From Leucoraja ocellata (taxonomy: Eukaryota): DNA of 64,000 nucleotides. The stretch is from NCBI GenBank assembly GCA_036785375.1, contig JAWMAR010000552.1, positions 620,001 to 684,000 of the forward strand, in the 5' to 3' direction. The translations under genes were made by a program, and so were the position numbers. Below, one piece after another: positions 1 through 11,183 of this stretch (positions are counted from its first letter, which is position 1; each line of letters starts with the position of its first letter). The notes below the pieces were generated by a model. The model made no database searches and had not been told where the DNA came from. It saw nothing but the letters and a program-made list of their open reading frames with translations.

Positions 1-1168
1 TTTTTAGCAGGCCTTTTTTTCCACAAGCCCATCTATGTTTGTAGTTTAAATTAGCATTCTCACTAAACATCATATTATTAAAAATGCAGAGACCTGTGGA
101 GAAAGTAAATGACGGGGAAGCAAATGAGAATTGACAGGATCAGTTAGCTGGAGATAACAGGCAAAAGACAGGAAGTCAGGGAGACAGACAAAGAGAGTGA
201 ATGAAATTAATCTTAATCCTGCTGAGACAACAGATTCCCAGCCAGCCATTACAGCCTGATATTAGCCACGATTACAGGTTAGCTGTTTCTCAATGAATAA
301 AAGTAAGGGGTGGCACAGTGTTCAACCGAGAATTGAGTAAACCCAAGATATGAAATCTGTGTGTCATCTAACTTGGTACCACAATCTTTCACTGGGGCTT
401 ACAACCATTAGAATCAGAAACTTCCGAGTAGATTATATTCTGCACTAATTTTGTCGCTTTGTGAGAGAGACCATCAGGGGAATATTAAATCACATTAATG
501 TTTCGGACAGGAACGGTGCCTGGGTTTTGACCTCAGGAGAGCAGTCTGCTGCAGTGCATCCTGATGGCACCTGTCACCAAAGATCCTAGAGGGACAAGAT
601 AGACCACTCCTCGAAAAACGCGTAGTATGACGTGTGTGACCGTCGACGCCATTTTGTTAAGCATTTTATTGGGCTTCCCCCACACTGTCATGGCGTCCTG
701 GTCTAAATTTCATCTCACTGTTCTGCTATCAAGTATTCTAATCGTAAATCTAAACGACCCAACCTGTCATTCTTTAGGTTCCCCAATAAAAAAGAAAGGT
801 GAGAAAATATTTTTATTATTTTCAGTCGATATTCTGTCGTGAAAATGGTATTTTCTGTTCTCCCATCAACGGCCATTGGGAAACATTAGTCGGTACATTA
901 GAAAGTTATTAGACTTATTTTTAATAGTTCTTTACTCACCACAATAATAAAGACAATTTTAACACTTCTGTACGTTTTTGGTTTTGTTTTGTAAGGGATT
1001 AGTCTGCACAATATGGCCCGCGGACACATTAGGTCCAGTGACCAGGAGATTTTTCGAGTCCGAGAATGGGCGGCTGTTACCCATTATATTCCTCGAACAT
1101 AGGGACATAGCAAACAACACTCACATACATACAAGACATCACAAGCCCGCCGTGAAGAAGGGTGCAAT

Positions 1169-1201
1169 CAAATATTATATAACTCTGCTATATCATCTTT
1201 G
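1169..1201. mobile_element. 33-bp TIR-TIR remnant (putative excision footprint)
   Basis: caaatattatat...atatcatctttg flanked by perfect 8-bp repeat ggtgcaat (1161-1168, 1202-1209). Confidence 0.7.
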
Positions 1202-1244
1202 GGTGCAATGGTGGGTCGGGGGGTTCGGTGGCGGCGGCCGCAAT

Positions 1245-1280
1245 CAAAGATACTAGTGGAGCTCTGCTCTATAATCTTTG
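1245..1280. mobile_element. 36-bp TIR-TIR remnant (putative excision footprint)
   Basis: caaagatactag...ctataatctttg flanked by gccgcaat / gtcggaat (6/8 match). Confidence 0.65.
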
Positions 1281-1320
1281 GTCGGAATGGGACGGCTGCG
1301 CGTTATAATGTGCTATCGTT

Positions 1321-1473
1321 CCACTCTCCCTCTCCCCCTTGTCCCTGTCCCCCTTCTCCCTGCCCCCCCTTTCCCCTTCTCCCTCTCCCCCTTCTCCCTC
1401 TCCCCCCTTCTCCCTCTCTTCTCTCGATCTCTCTCTCCCCTCCTCTCGATCTCTCGCTCCCCTCTCTTCTCTC

Positions 1474-1511
<38 letters not shown>

Positions 1512-1577
1512 CCTCTCTTCGCGATCTCCTTCCCTTCCCTCTCTCCCACCCTTCCATCTCCCCCTCCCTTACCTCTT
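1321..1577. repeat. CT-rich low-complexity tract with (CT)n
   Basis: Near-pure pyrimidine run; source of several spurious ORFs. Confidence 0.95.
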
Positions 1578-1867
1578 CGTGAGAGTTGGCAGCTCTGCTA
1601 TGCCTTGGGTCCAAAAGAGGATAGATAGAAAATACTTAATTGTCTTTGTAAGAAGATTTTAATAAGCTCTTCTACATTTAAGGTAAATTGACATATTAGA
1701 GGCAAAACACATTTTCAATATACAGGTCTCTCCACACAACTGAAAACAATTGCATTTAAGTGATATATCATCCATTGTTCAGGCAAGTAGCACTAGGTTA
1801 CAATAAACTTCCTGCATATTCCAGGAATTCATCTCATAAAAATGAGAGGCTTAAATGCATTGTAAAA

Positions 1868-2090
1868 TCATAAATCCATGTTGACTTGGACTAATGCTTT
1901 TACTGCTATCCAAATGCCCCATTATTACATCTTTAATAATTGACTCCAGCATCTTTCACACCACCAAAGTCAGGCTAACTGGTCTGTAATTCCCCATTTT
2001 CTCTCTCGCTCCTTTCTTGAAAAGTGGGATAGCATTAGCTATCCTCCAATCCACAGGAAGTGATCGTAAATCTATTGATCGTTGGAAAAT
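1868..2090 (-). mobile_element. CR1 LINE ORF2 fragment (RT N-terminal region)
   Basis: Minus-strand translation DWRIANAIPLFKKG...NYRPVSL...SQHGFM is typical of CR1. Confidence 0.85.
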
Positions 2091-2091
2091 A

Positions 2092-2955
2092 ATAGAAACA
2101 TAGAAACATAGAAATTAGGTGCAGGAGTAGGCCATTCGGCCCTTCGAGCCTGCACCGCCATTCAATATGACCATGGCTGATCATCCAACTCAGTATCCCG
2201 TACCTGCCTTCTCTCCATACCCTCTGACCCCCTTAGCCACAAGGGCCACATCTAACTCCCTCTTAAATATAGCCACTGAACTGGCCTCGACTACCCTCTG
2301 TGGCAGAGAGTTCCAGAGATTCACCACCCTCTGTGTGAAAAAGGTTCTTCTCATCTCGGTTTTAAAGGATTTCCCCCTTATCCTTAAGCTGTGACCCCTT
2401 GTCCTGGACTTCCCCAACATCGGGAGCAATCTTCCTGCATCTAGTCTGTCCAACCCCTTAAGAATTTTGTAAGTTTCTATAAGATCCCCTCTCAATCTCC
2501 TAAATTCTAGAGAGTATAAACCAAGTGTATCCAGTCTTTCTTCATAAGACAGTCCTGACATCCCAGGAATCAGTCTGGTGAACCTTCTCTGCACTCCCTC
2601 TATGGCAATAATGTCCTTCCTCAGATTTGGAGACCAAAACTGTACGCAATACTCCAGGTGTGGTCTCACCAAGACCCTGTACAACTGCAGTAGAAACTCC
2701 CTGCTCCTATACTCAAATCCTTTCGCTATGAAAGCTAACATACCATTCGCTTTCTTCACTGCCTGCTGCACCTGCATGCCTACTTTCAATGACTGGTGTA
2801 CCATGACACCCAGGTCTCGCTGCATCTCCCCTTTTCCTAGTCGGCCGCCATTTAGATAATAGTCTGCTTTCCTGTTTTTGCCACCAAAATGGATAACCTC
2901 ACATTTATCCACATTATACTGCATCTGCCAAACATTTGCCCACTCACCCAGCCTG
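2092..2955 (-). mobile_element. CR1 (HER1-like) LINE 3' end, young, 5'-truncated
   Basis: Open 244-aa ORF 2190-2924 (LVRPHLEYCVQFWSP, RRLRGDLIETYKI, RVVNLWNSLP); 3' UTR and (TTCTATGT)n tail. Confidence 0.95.
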
Positions 2956-3411
2956 GGCTATCATTGTGTTACATACGTTAAATTGTACATCACTTTCACT
3001 GGTTAGCTGATATGCTGAACTGCAACCCTGTATAACTCGCGCACAGAATAATGTGAATTGTGTAAATCTTATCCCAACGGGTCCCACTTAGTCTATTGAT
3101 TGTGTATAAGCTGCAAATTTTGTCCTTTGTTTGAAATGTGTAGAATGTGACATCACTTTTATTGATTATCTGATATTCTAAATTCTGCAAATTCTGCAAG
3201 CCTGTATATGTCGTGCACAAAATGATGTAAATAAAAATTGTTTTCCTGTTTAAGAAGTTCAATTGAGAATTATTTGAAATTGTGGGGGTTGATACAAAAT
3301 ACTGTTGACCCACAAATGTGTTGATATGAGACATTCACATTTAAAAAATCCATGTCGCAAAAAAAGCAAGAAGGTGCCCATGTTATTTGACCAACTTGCC
3401 AGATTAATTTA

Positions 3412-3700
3412 AATATACACAATACACAATACAATTTATTTGTCACTTGAACCTCATAGAGGTTGTTGGAGCCCCCGGCGTGCGCTAGAAAAGTGCCGCA
3501 GCCATTTAAGCCACGCCGGGCGATGATGTAAGGCCCCGCTCCAGGTCATCCTCGACCCCCGCTACTCGGGCGGAATAATTTGCCGTTGCGGAAGCCCCGA
3601 AAAGCGGTCTCCCAGCAGGGACCCGCAGGCTCCGATATTACTGTCTGCCAGGCCTGCGGTTGGAGCCTCCGAATCTCCGGGGCTCGGGTCACAGCAGCGC
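3412..3700 (-). mobile_element. GC-rich non-autonomous retroposon fragment, unclassified
   Basis: Minus-strand AAATAAA plus (TATTGTG)n-type tail at 3412-3440 next to a CpG-rich body. Confidence 0.4.
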
Positions 3701-3749
3701 ATGGGTACATATGTAGGTATGTATGCATTAGTTTTGCTCCTAATTCCCT

Positions 3750-4058
3750 TTTCAAAATCATTAATATATATGGTAAACAGTTGCAGCCCCAACACCAAGC
3801 CTTGTGGCAAAAAAATCCAGAAGATTAGTCAAACATGATTTTCCTTTCATAAATCCATGTTGACTTGGACAGATCCTTTTACTGCTATCCAAATGCCCCA
3901 TTATTGCATCTTTAATAATTGACTCCAGCATCTTTCACACCACCAAAGTCGGGCTAACTGGTCTGTAATTTTCCGTTTTCTCTCACGCTCCTTTCTTGAA
4001 AAGTGGGATAGCATTAGCTATCCTCCAATCCACAGGAGCTGATCGTAAATCTATTGAT
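3750..4058 (-). mobile_element. CR1 LINE ORF2 fragments (internally deleted)
   Basis: PQGLVLGLQLFTIYIND motif joined to HGFMKGKSCLTNLLDFF...IPLFKKGA. Confidence 0.85.
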
Positions 4059-4218
4059 NNNNNNNNNNNNNNNNNNNNNNNNNNNNNNNNNNNNNNNNNN
4101 NNNNNNNNNNNNNNNNNNNNNNNNNNNNNNNNNNNNNNNNNNNNNNNNNNNNNNNNNNNNNNNNNNNNNNNNNNNNNNNNNNNNNNNNNNNNNNNNNNNN
4201 NNNNNNNNNNNNNNNNNN
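4059..4218. other. Assembly gap
   Basis: 160 N. Confidence 1.
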
Positions 4219-4578
4219 TATGTGCATTTGTGTATGTGTGTATATATGTGTGTGTATAAATATATATATATATGCATATATTTATTATTACTATATAATT
4301 ATATATATAATTGCCTTTATGGTTTATGTATATCATCTTACAAGACAAATAAATTAATAGTGATGATTTAAATCAAAGTTGCTTCTGATACATGAGAATA
4401 AACTATTATCTCTAACTTGCCTCTCACACACAGACACACATTCATATAAATATATTAAATATATATACGTTAAATTTAATTTTTTGCAGTGTGTGTTAAA
4501 GCAATACAATGCAAGGGAAACTACACAAAGGAGGGGTCTGTTCCCGCTACAAGATACTTGAGGATCTTTGCTTTGGAT

Positions 4579-4609
4579 CAAAGATTATAGCGGAGCTCTA
4601 TAATCTTTG
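4579..4609. mobile_element. 31-bp TIR-TIR remnant (putative excision footprint)
   Basis: Perfect 12-bp inverted ends caaagattatag / ctataatctttg; flanks ctttggat / ctttgaat (7/8 match). Confidence 0.75.
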
Positions 4610-4944
4610 CTTTGAATCACAGCGGGTGGAATACCGGAAGTCGAGTGTCGCTGTAACAAATGGCGGCCGTGACGTTCCGTTGCGTACTACACGTCAGCCC
4701 ATTGAATTTCGAAGGAGTGGTCTATCTTGTCCCTCTAGGATCTTTGCCTGTCACCGCACTGCCTGTGGATGGTGCTAAGAATGTGATTTGGCTGAAGTAG
4801 TTGCGGTATTCCAAGAATACCTTCAGCCTTTTGCACCCATTTACACATTCCTGCATATACTCCATTTGCCAGATCTTTACCTATCCGCATCCCTTTTTAG
4901 CCTCTCGAGGAGTCAGAAATGAACACAACAGCATACCAAATCTG

Positions 4945-5042
4945 TAGGAAAGAACTGTAGATGCTGGTTTAAATCGAAGGTAGAAGGGTCTCAACTCGAA
5001 ACGTTACCTATTCCTTCTCTCCAGAGATGCTGCCTGTCCCAC
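4945..5042. mobile_element. Short Penelope-derived pLTR insertion
   Basis: Inverted tail plus gaagggtctcaactcgaaacgtt motif; 16-bp TSD cagcataccaaatctg at 4929-4944 and 5043-5058. Confidence 0.7.
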
Positions 5043-5264
5043 CAGCATACCAAATCTGCCACATGTTATCATTTCTAGACATTAGTTTTTTAATCTTCCA
5101 CCCAAACCAGATGCACATAGTTTCCTCTCAATATTTGCAGATTAAACCTCTTCCCATTTACCTCCTTAATAAAAAATTTGACCTCTTTTGCTGCACCAGT
5201 CATCTTTTTAAAGCTTTGTGTGGGACTCATTGGCATTTACCAGCGGTTTTAGCAAAATCTACCA

Positions 5265-5697
5265 TGTGTAGGAAAGAACTACAAATGCTGGTTTAAACCA
5301 AAGATAGACACAAAAAGCTGGAGTAACTCATCGGAACTGGCAGCATCGCAGGAGAGAAGGAATGGATGACGTTTCGGGTCGAGACTTCTCTAACTTATTT
5401 AGCTTCTTTAGCTCCCGGCATTCCCTCTCTCTCCATCCCTCCCCAACCCAAGTCACACCAGCTTCTCATTTTCATCCAACGAACAACTAACAATGGCCTG
5501 TTTCCTTTATCATTGTTACTTTTTTGCATATCATTCATTCATTGTTCTTTATCTCTCTACATCATCATCTATATGTCTCGTTTCCCTTTCCCCTGATTAG
5601 TCTGAAGTAGGGTCTTGACCCGAAACGTCACCCATTCCTTCTCTCCAGAGATGCTGTCTGTCCCGCTGAGTTACTCCAGCTTTTTGTGTCTATCTTC
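5265..5697 (+). mobile_element. Penelope 3' end preceded by an inverted pLTR
   Basis: 5265-5388 is the reverse complement of the pLTR at 5600-5697; the middle matches the Penelope 3' UTR seen at 40790-40985. Confidence 0.8.
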
Positions 5698-5880
5698 TAC
5701 CAAGAGTTCAGTTCAGTTCAGTTTAGTTTATTGTCACGTGTACCGAGGTTAGTTTTACTAACTACTCTAGATTTTATTTCTATTAGGTTAAATGGTGGTG
5801 CAAGTTTGACCTTGGGTTAGGCATGCAAAAAGTTGACATTGGAACAGCCAGACTTACACAGCCGCACTGTTGGTCTAGCT

Positions 5881-6184
5881 GTGGCCACGGTAGCGCAGCG
5901 GTAGAGTTGCTGCCTTACAGCACTTGCAGTGCTGGAGACCCGGGTTTGAACCCGACTGGTACGGTCTGTACGGAGTTTGTACGTTCTTCCCGTGACCTTC
6001 TCCGAAATCTTTGGTTTCCTCCCACACTCCAAAGACATACAGGTTTGTAGGTTAATTAGCATGGTGTAAGTGTAAATTGTTTCCAGTGTGCTCAGGTTAG
6101 TTTTAACGTGCGCGGATCGCTGGTCGGTGCAGACTCAGTGGGCCTAAGGGCATGTTTCCGCACTGTCTCTAAACTAAACTAACT
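5881..6184 (+). mobile_element. HE1-type V-SINE
   Basis: tRNA-like A/B-box head, V domain (ggagtttgtacgttct...ggtttcctcccacactccaaagac), CR1-like tail with (TAAAC)n. Confidence 0.9.
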
Positions 6185-6614
6185 GAGCTGCATAGCTGGT
6201 GCTCAGGGACTTGTCTTGCTTGGGATTCACCATCAGCAAGCTGGGAAACCCACCTCTCCAAACCAATGTGAGTTAGATCCATTTACTTCCATGATGACAC
6301 CCAGGTGGACTTTAGAAAGAACAAAATACATATTTAAGTTTATTAATTTTGCCTTACTTTAATGTCTTGAATTATTTATTAGTAATTTGAAGCGTTTTAA
6401 TATATGTTTGTATTTGTTATTAAATACTTAGGTATTTTTGTTTTAACTATTTAAAACCATTTTAAACTGGTTTAAATGTCACTACATCGGAGGCATTTAA
6501 AACTCCCCTAAAGCCTTGACTATTTTGAAAGAACTAACCTCAGGATTTTGGATATTCTATGAAAGGTTACTTCCTTTCTGACGGGCCTGAAGCATTTCAA
6601 GAGACTGTTTCTAA

Positions 6615-7170
6615 ATTCAGATTCAGATTAATTTATTGTCATGTACATTAGGGTGCCATAAAATTCCTTGTTCTCGTGAACCATGTGCAGTAAACAATAT
6701 ATGGTAAAGATAGATGCAATTAATATCACAAATGCAAACAGCAGAACGGTGTTCTATGTAGGGCAATCTAAAGTAGTGCAAAATATATTCTAAACTAAAA
6801 TGTTGGAGCAACCGATGGGGCATAGGAGTAAGAATAAGACTAAATGGCAGCATCCCTGTGATGTTGGTAGGAATGGGCTGATTGGATTAAGACTCTGATA
6901 GCCACGAGGAAGAAACTATTCTTAGGTCTGGAACCGAAGATGCTCCTGTAACCTCTCCCAGAAGGTAGAAGGGAGAAAAGGAATGACTAGTATCTTGATG
7001 ATACTTCCAGTCTTTTTGATGCAAGGCGTTGTGAAAATGGACTGGATGGAACAGAGTGATGAACCCGATGGACTGGGCTGTGTTCACCATTCTTTGCAGG
7101 TTCAGGCAGTCATGAGCAGAGCAGGTGCCAAACCAGGTTGTGATGCATCCTGCAAGAATACTTTCTAAAC
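6615..7170 (-). mobile_element. Degenerate Rex1/Babar-like LINE 3' fragment
   Basis: attcagattcag...tttattgtca tail; VNTAQSIG remnant on the minus strand. Confidence 0.55.
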
Positions 7171-7607
7171 AAACCTCTATAGAAGACTACAGATCTGCAG
7201 AGGCTCGAGAAAAAGCTTCTTGACGTGCCGAATATTCTCAGATGCCTAAAAGTAAATCCACTGATGGAAGTCAATGAAAACGAGCAAATTCATTTTTTTG
7301 GCTGCTTTCTTATTGAAAACATAGAGAGACAACCCAATGTACAAAATGTAATTACAGTAACATCTTGGAACAGCATGGCCCTTAGCTGTTACCATGATGA
7401 TGACATTAAAGATATTGTATTGGATTTGGAATAATCGCAAAATCAAAGCTTCAGTTGCTGAATCAAGTAAACTCCCAAATATTCAACCTGTATTTATAAA
7501 TGTGTTTCCAGTTTTGTGAAATCAGTGGAAGAGCAGAGAAGAAAGCACCATTGTCACCACTTAATGAACATAGAAAGCAAAACCTGGCACAAGGAGTCAC
7601 ACAAGTA

Positions 7608-7910
7608 GGGTGGCACTGTGGCGCAGCGGCAGAGTTTCTGCCTTATAGCGTTTGCAGCGCCAGGGACTCGTGTTCGAACCCGACTATGGGTGCTGACTGT
7701 ACGACGTTTGTATGTTCTCCCAGTGACCGCGTGGGTTTTCTCTGAGATCTTCGGTTTACTCCCAAAGACGTACATATTTGTAGGTTAATTAGCTTAGAAT
7801 GTAAATTGTCCCTAGTGTGTGTAGGATAGTGTTAATATGCAGGGATAGCTAGTCAGTGCGGACTCGGTGGGCCGAAGGGCCTGTTTCCGCGCTGTATCTC
7901 TAAAATAAAC
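7608..7910 (+). mobile_element. HE1-type V-SINE
   Basis: Full head, V domain and tail, matching other copies in the window. Confidence 0.9.
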
Positions 7911-8093
7911 ACAAGCTGGTTAAAATCTGCTGGCCCACCTTCCCATTAATTTCAACAAATGGGAAAATCAGCCAACTGTGTGAATTTACATGCCACATTT
8001 TCCTTTCTCCCCACCCACCCAGCAGTTTCTAGTGTCCAAGAAAACTATTTCAGCAATATTATCCTTTAGGAATTTTCATAACAATATTTCAAA

Positions 8094-8312
8094 ATAATAA
8101 TAATAATAATAATAATAATTTTATTTATAGAGCACTTTAAAAACAAACATAGCTGCAACAAAGTGCTGTACATCACTAATCATTGACAAAAAAGTTAATA
8201 CACACCAAAAATAACAATCAAAAGAAATAGTAGGAAAAGACATGTAAAATAAAGAAACATCAAAATCACCACAAACAGAAGCAAAGCCTCAGGCATGGTC
8301 AAAAGCCAGGGA
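8094..8312 (-). mobile_element. L2 LINE 3' end
   Basis: (TAA)n tail followed by tttatttatagagcacttt...aaagtgct stem-loop typical of L2 ends. Confidence 0.6.
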
Positions 8313-8444
8313 GTTAATGAGTTAAGTCAAGTATCTTTATGTCAAGCTTTAATCTATCCAAAATGATTGACACAATCATATAATTTTACTTTGCTTAATT
8401 GTCATAAATTAGGGTTGTTTTGCAAATAAATTCAATTTGTAAAA

Positions 8445-9170
8445 TTTATTGTTTAGGATCCAAGCATTGCTGGCAAGGCTGGAGTTATCATTCTGGTTAA
8501 TTGACCCTGAAAAGGTGGTGGTGAGTGCCTTGAATCACTGCAGGACTTCCAGATAAAGGTATTTCCACCGTCCTGTTGGGTATGTTTTGAGTGTGAGTGT
8601 GTGTGGGAGTGCGCTTGTGTGTGTGTGTTCTTTTCAGGATTTAGGCCAGCAATACTAAAAAACCTAGAATCCAAAATTTGGATAGCGAAAAGCAAGTACA
8701 AGAACCCGCAGGCAATAGCGTTTCTATAAATCTGTTTCCCTTTTCCTTTCGGTGGTATCCTTTTGTGGGTTCGTGAGATCCTGTTGTGGTAGCTTGGGTA
8801 AGTAACCACGGCACATTGTATACTGTAGATACTGCATGCTGCTTGGGTAAGTAACCATGGCACGCTGCTGTTGTTGTGCACCAGTGGCAGAGGGAATGAA
8901 TGCCTCGAGGGTTCATGAGGTGGGATTCAAGCAGTCCTGGACAGTTGGGCTAAACTTCTCGAAAGCTGTGGATTTGCTCTCATCCAGGCTAGTGAAGAAT
9001 ATTCCTTCATGTTTATGATTTGTGGCTTGCGGTTAGTGGAAAGACTTTGGAATGTCAAAAGATGAGTTGGTATTTGCAGCGTCCCCACCTCCTGACCTAC
9101 TTTTGTAACCACTATATTTATATGACTTGTCTGATTGAGATTCATTAGTCCTCCATAAGGACCTTGTGGT
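8445..9170 (-). mobile_element. Old degenerate LINE 3' region, unclassified
   Basis: aattgaccctgaaaaggtggtggtgag... resembles a repeat I associate with chondrichthyan genomes; no intact ORF. Confidence 0.4.
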
Positions 9171-9674
9171 ATTGTTTCTTAAGGTAAATAACATTGTTGA
9201 TGTGGCAGGAAAGGACCCATTAAGTTATTCCAGCACTTTATATTTTACTCTGGATTCTAGCATCTGCAGTTTCTTGTGTTCCCATTTTAGAGTGCCTTGG
9301 TACTCAGTTTCCCGCATGAGATTATTTCCCACTCTGCACAAATGTACAATCATCTATCACTGGAGCTCCACTCTAAATTCGCGGGGCCACTGATAATAAA
9401 TATCACCCATCAGTATTCTCCATATTCACCATACAACTATCTGCACATCTAATTCCTTTCCATCCAACCAGACCATTAAACCAGTCCCCAATTCACATAA
9501 TTGTGTGATCAGTTTAGATTGATTGAAAGAATACGTTGAAGCTTGGAATAAAGAGACTTGATTTAATTCATTTTAAAGTATTGTTGTGAAAAATCCCAGA
9601 CCATAATATTACTGGAAGAGCTTAATGTCACTGGGAGATATTGAGAGAGCTCAAGGGAAATGGATGACTATACT

Positions 9675-9841
9675 CAGTGGCGGACTGGGTCGAAAAACAT
9701 TGGTTGCCAGGAGACAAAGGGGGCCCACCCACAACTACAATGCTATCATTTAACAGGGGCCCACTTGCTATCACTTGCTATCACTTCATCAGGGGCCCAC
9801 TTGCCATCGGGCAAGCTGACACCCTGGCCAGTCTGCCACTG
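9675..9841. mobile_element. hAT-type MITE
   Basis: TIR cagtggcggactgg / ccagtctgccactg; perfect 8-bp TSD actatact (9667-9674, 9842-9849). Confidence 0.9.
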
Positions 9842-10158
9842 ACTATACTGGACCCTTTCCCCAGAGAGCCTGCAGTGCAGCTACCAGTGGAGTAATGATG
9901 AAGGAAAATGGGAGGTCGCTTTACTTCAGGTGTGATTTTGAGATGCTTGCCATGAACAGATCTGCAGAAATGAGAACGGAAGCACGCTCTTCTCCATCGT
10001 CAGGCACTACATGGGTAGGGTGGAGTGCTGCATGAAAGGAGGACTTCTGGAAGCTTTAAAGTCTGGAAGTGAAATTCACTAATAAATTCTGCTCCAGTGA
10101 ATGTCAGCACTAAGGAGTCTGCATGCATGAATGTCAGAATAAAATGAGAATGGATTTT

Positions 10159-10236
10159 AGATTCATTTATCAGTAACTACTGATTTTCTGACCTTCTTTT
10201 AGGTCAGCATGTAAGTAGTTACTGATAAATGAATTT
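10159..10236. repeat. Hairpin with perfect 21-bp arms
   Basis: attcatttatcagtaactact (10161-10181) pairs with 10214-10234; inner ctgacct/aggtcag stem. Confidence 0.9.
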
Positions 10237-10538
10237 GGTGCAGTATGTATCTTCACGCTGTGAGTGCGGTCTGATTACCCGCTTTCAGTGGAGGAATTGC
10301 TGCAAATTTATTCACTATAACGTGAAGTTATTAAGTACATAAGCTTTACACATGGATCAAAATGTTGAATTACATTGACCTCCTTTTCAAGGATAGCATT
10401 GAGAAAGATGCATTTGTGTTGGAGCTCTGACTCCAGCGGTTTGTGACAAATGGAAAATATTCTCAACATCTCAAACTGTTTTACTGCTCCTTCTGTTGCT
10501 TCCACCTGGTTATCTCACTTCTCAGAGGTGGAGAGAAA

Positions 10539-10750
10539 TGCCCCTGTCCCACTTAGGAAACCTGAACGGAAACGTCTGGAGACTTTGCGCCCCACCCAAG
10601 GTTTCCGTGCGGTTCCCGGAGGTTCCCGGAGGTTTTTGTCAGTCTCCCTCCGGCAACCACCTGCAACCTCCGGGAACCGCACGGAAACCTTGGGTGGGGC
10701 GCAAAGTCTCCAGAGGTTTCCGTTCACGTTTCCTAAGTGGGACAGGGGCA
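10539..10750. mobile_element. PIF/Harbinger-type palindromic MITE
   Basis: About 85-bp near-perfect inverted arms starting tgcccctgtcccacttagg; flanks aaa / taa. Confidence 0.85.
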
Positions 10751-11183
10751 TAAGCATTGCGGATGTGCGGGTGGGTTGGTGGGGAAGGTGTAGGAGATGG
10801 GACACTGGGTAAGGGCTTAAAATGGAGAAAAGTGAAAATGGAAGTTGATGACAGAAAATTAATAGGTGGGTATTAAAAAGGCAGTGAAAATAAAGATGAG
10901 AGAACAGTCAAAAAGGGAATCTGGGGATGTTTAACGACATATACCATGGTACAGAGAATAGAGTGAATAAGGCAGCTGGGCTGATGGCACTGAGAGGCAG
11001 GTGGAAGCATTCATAATGGTATTGCATGAGAACATGGCTTTGAGAGGGTCAGGGCTTGATGCTTAACGTTGCTGCTTATCGGGATTTAAAATGAATTAGA
11101 GAAGGGATAACAAAGGAAGTGAAGGGTGAAAATATTGGTTGAAGAATCTATCACACCTGCAGATATCTATCACATCACATCTC

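Larger units (their letters stand above)
578..4746. mobile_element. Non-autonomous DNA transposon, probably P superfamily (hAT less likely), with nested cargo
   Basis: Perfect 34-bp TIRs (caaagatcctagagggacaagatagaccactcct at 578-611, reverse complement at 4713-4746); identical 8-bp TSD cctgtcac at 570-577 and 4747-4754; subterminal cgccattt motif at both ends; no transposase ORF visible. Confidence 0.85.

Noticed and set aside
1199-1662. Overlapping Pro/Ser/Leu- and Arg/Glu/Gly-rich ORFs
   Set aside because: By-products of the CT-rich tract, which lacks stop codons
3983-4371. ORFs spanning the gap
   Set aside because: Open only because of the N run
5881-5960. tRNA-like sequences at the SINE heads
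   Set aside because: They continue into the V domain and CR1 tail; SINE heads, not tRNA genes
8792-8863. 23-bp direct repeat with a 26-bp spacer (CRISPR-like spacing)
   Set aside because: Only two units, inside an old repeat, eukaryotic context, no cas genes; best read as a local duplication
10450-10812. Similar ORFs on both strands
   Set aside because: Consequence of the palindromic MITE
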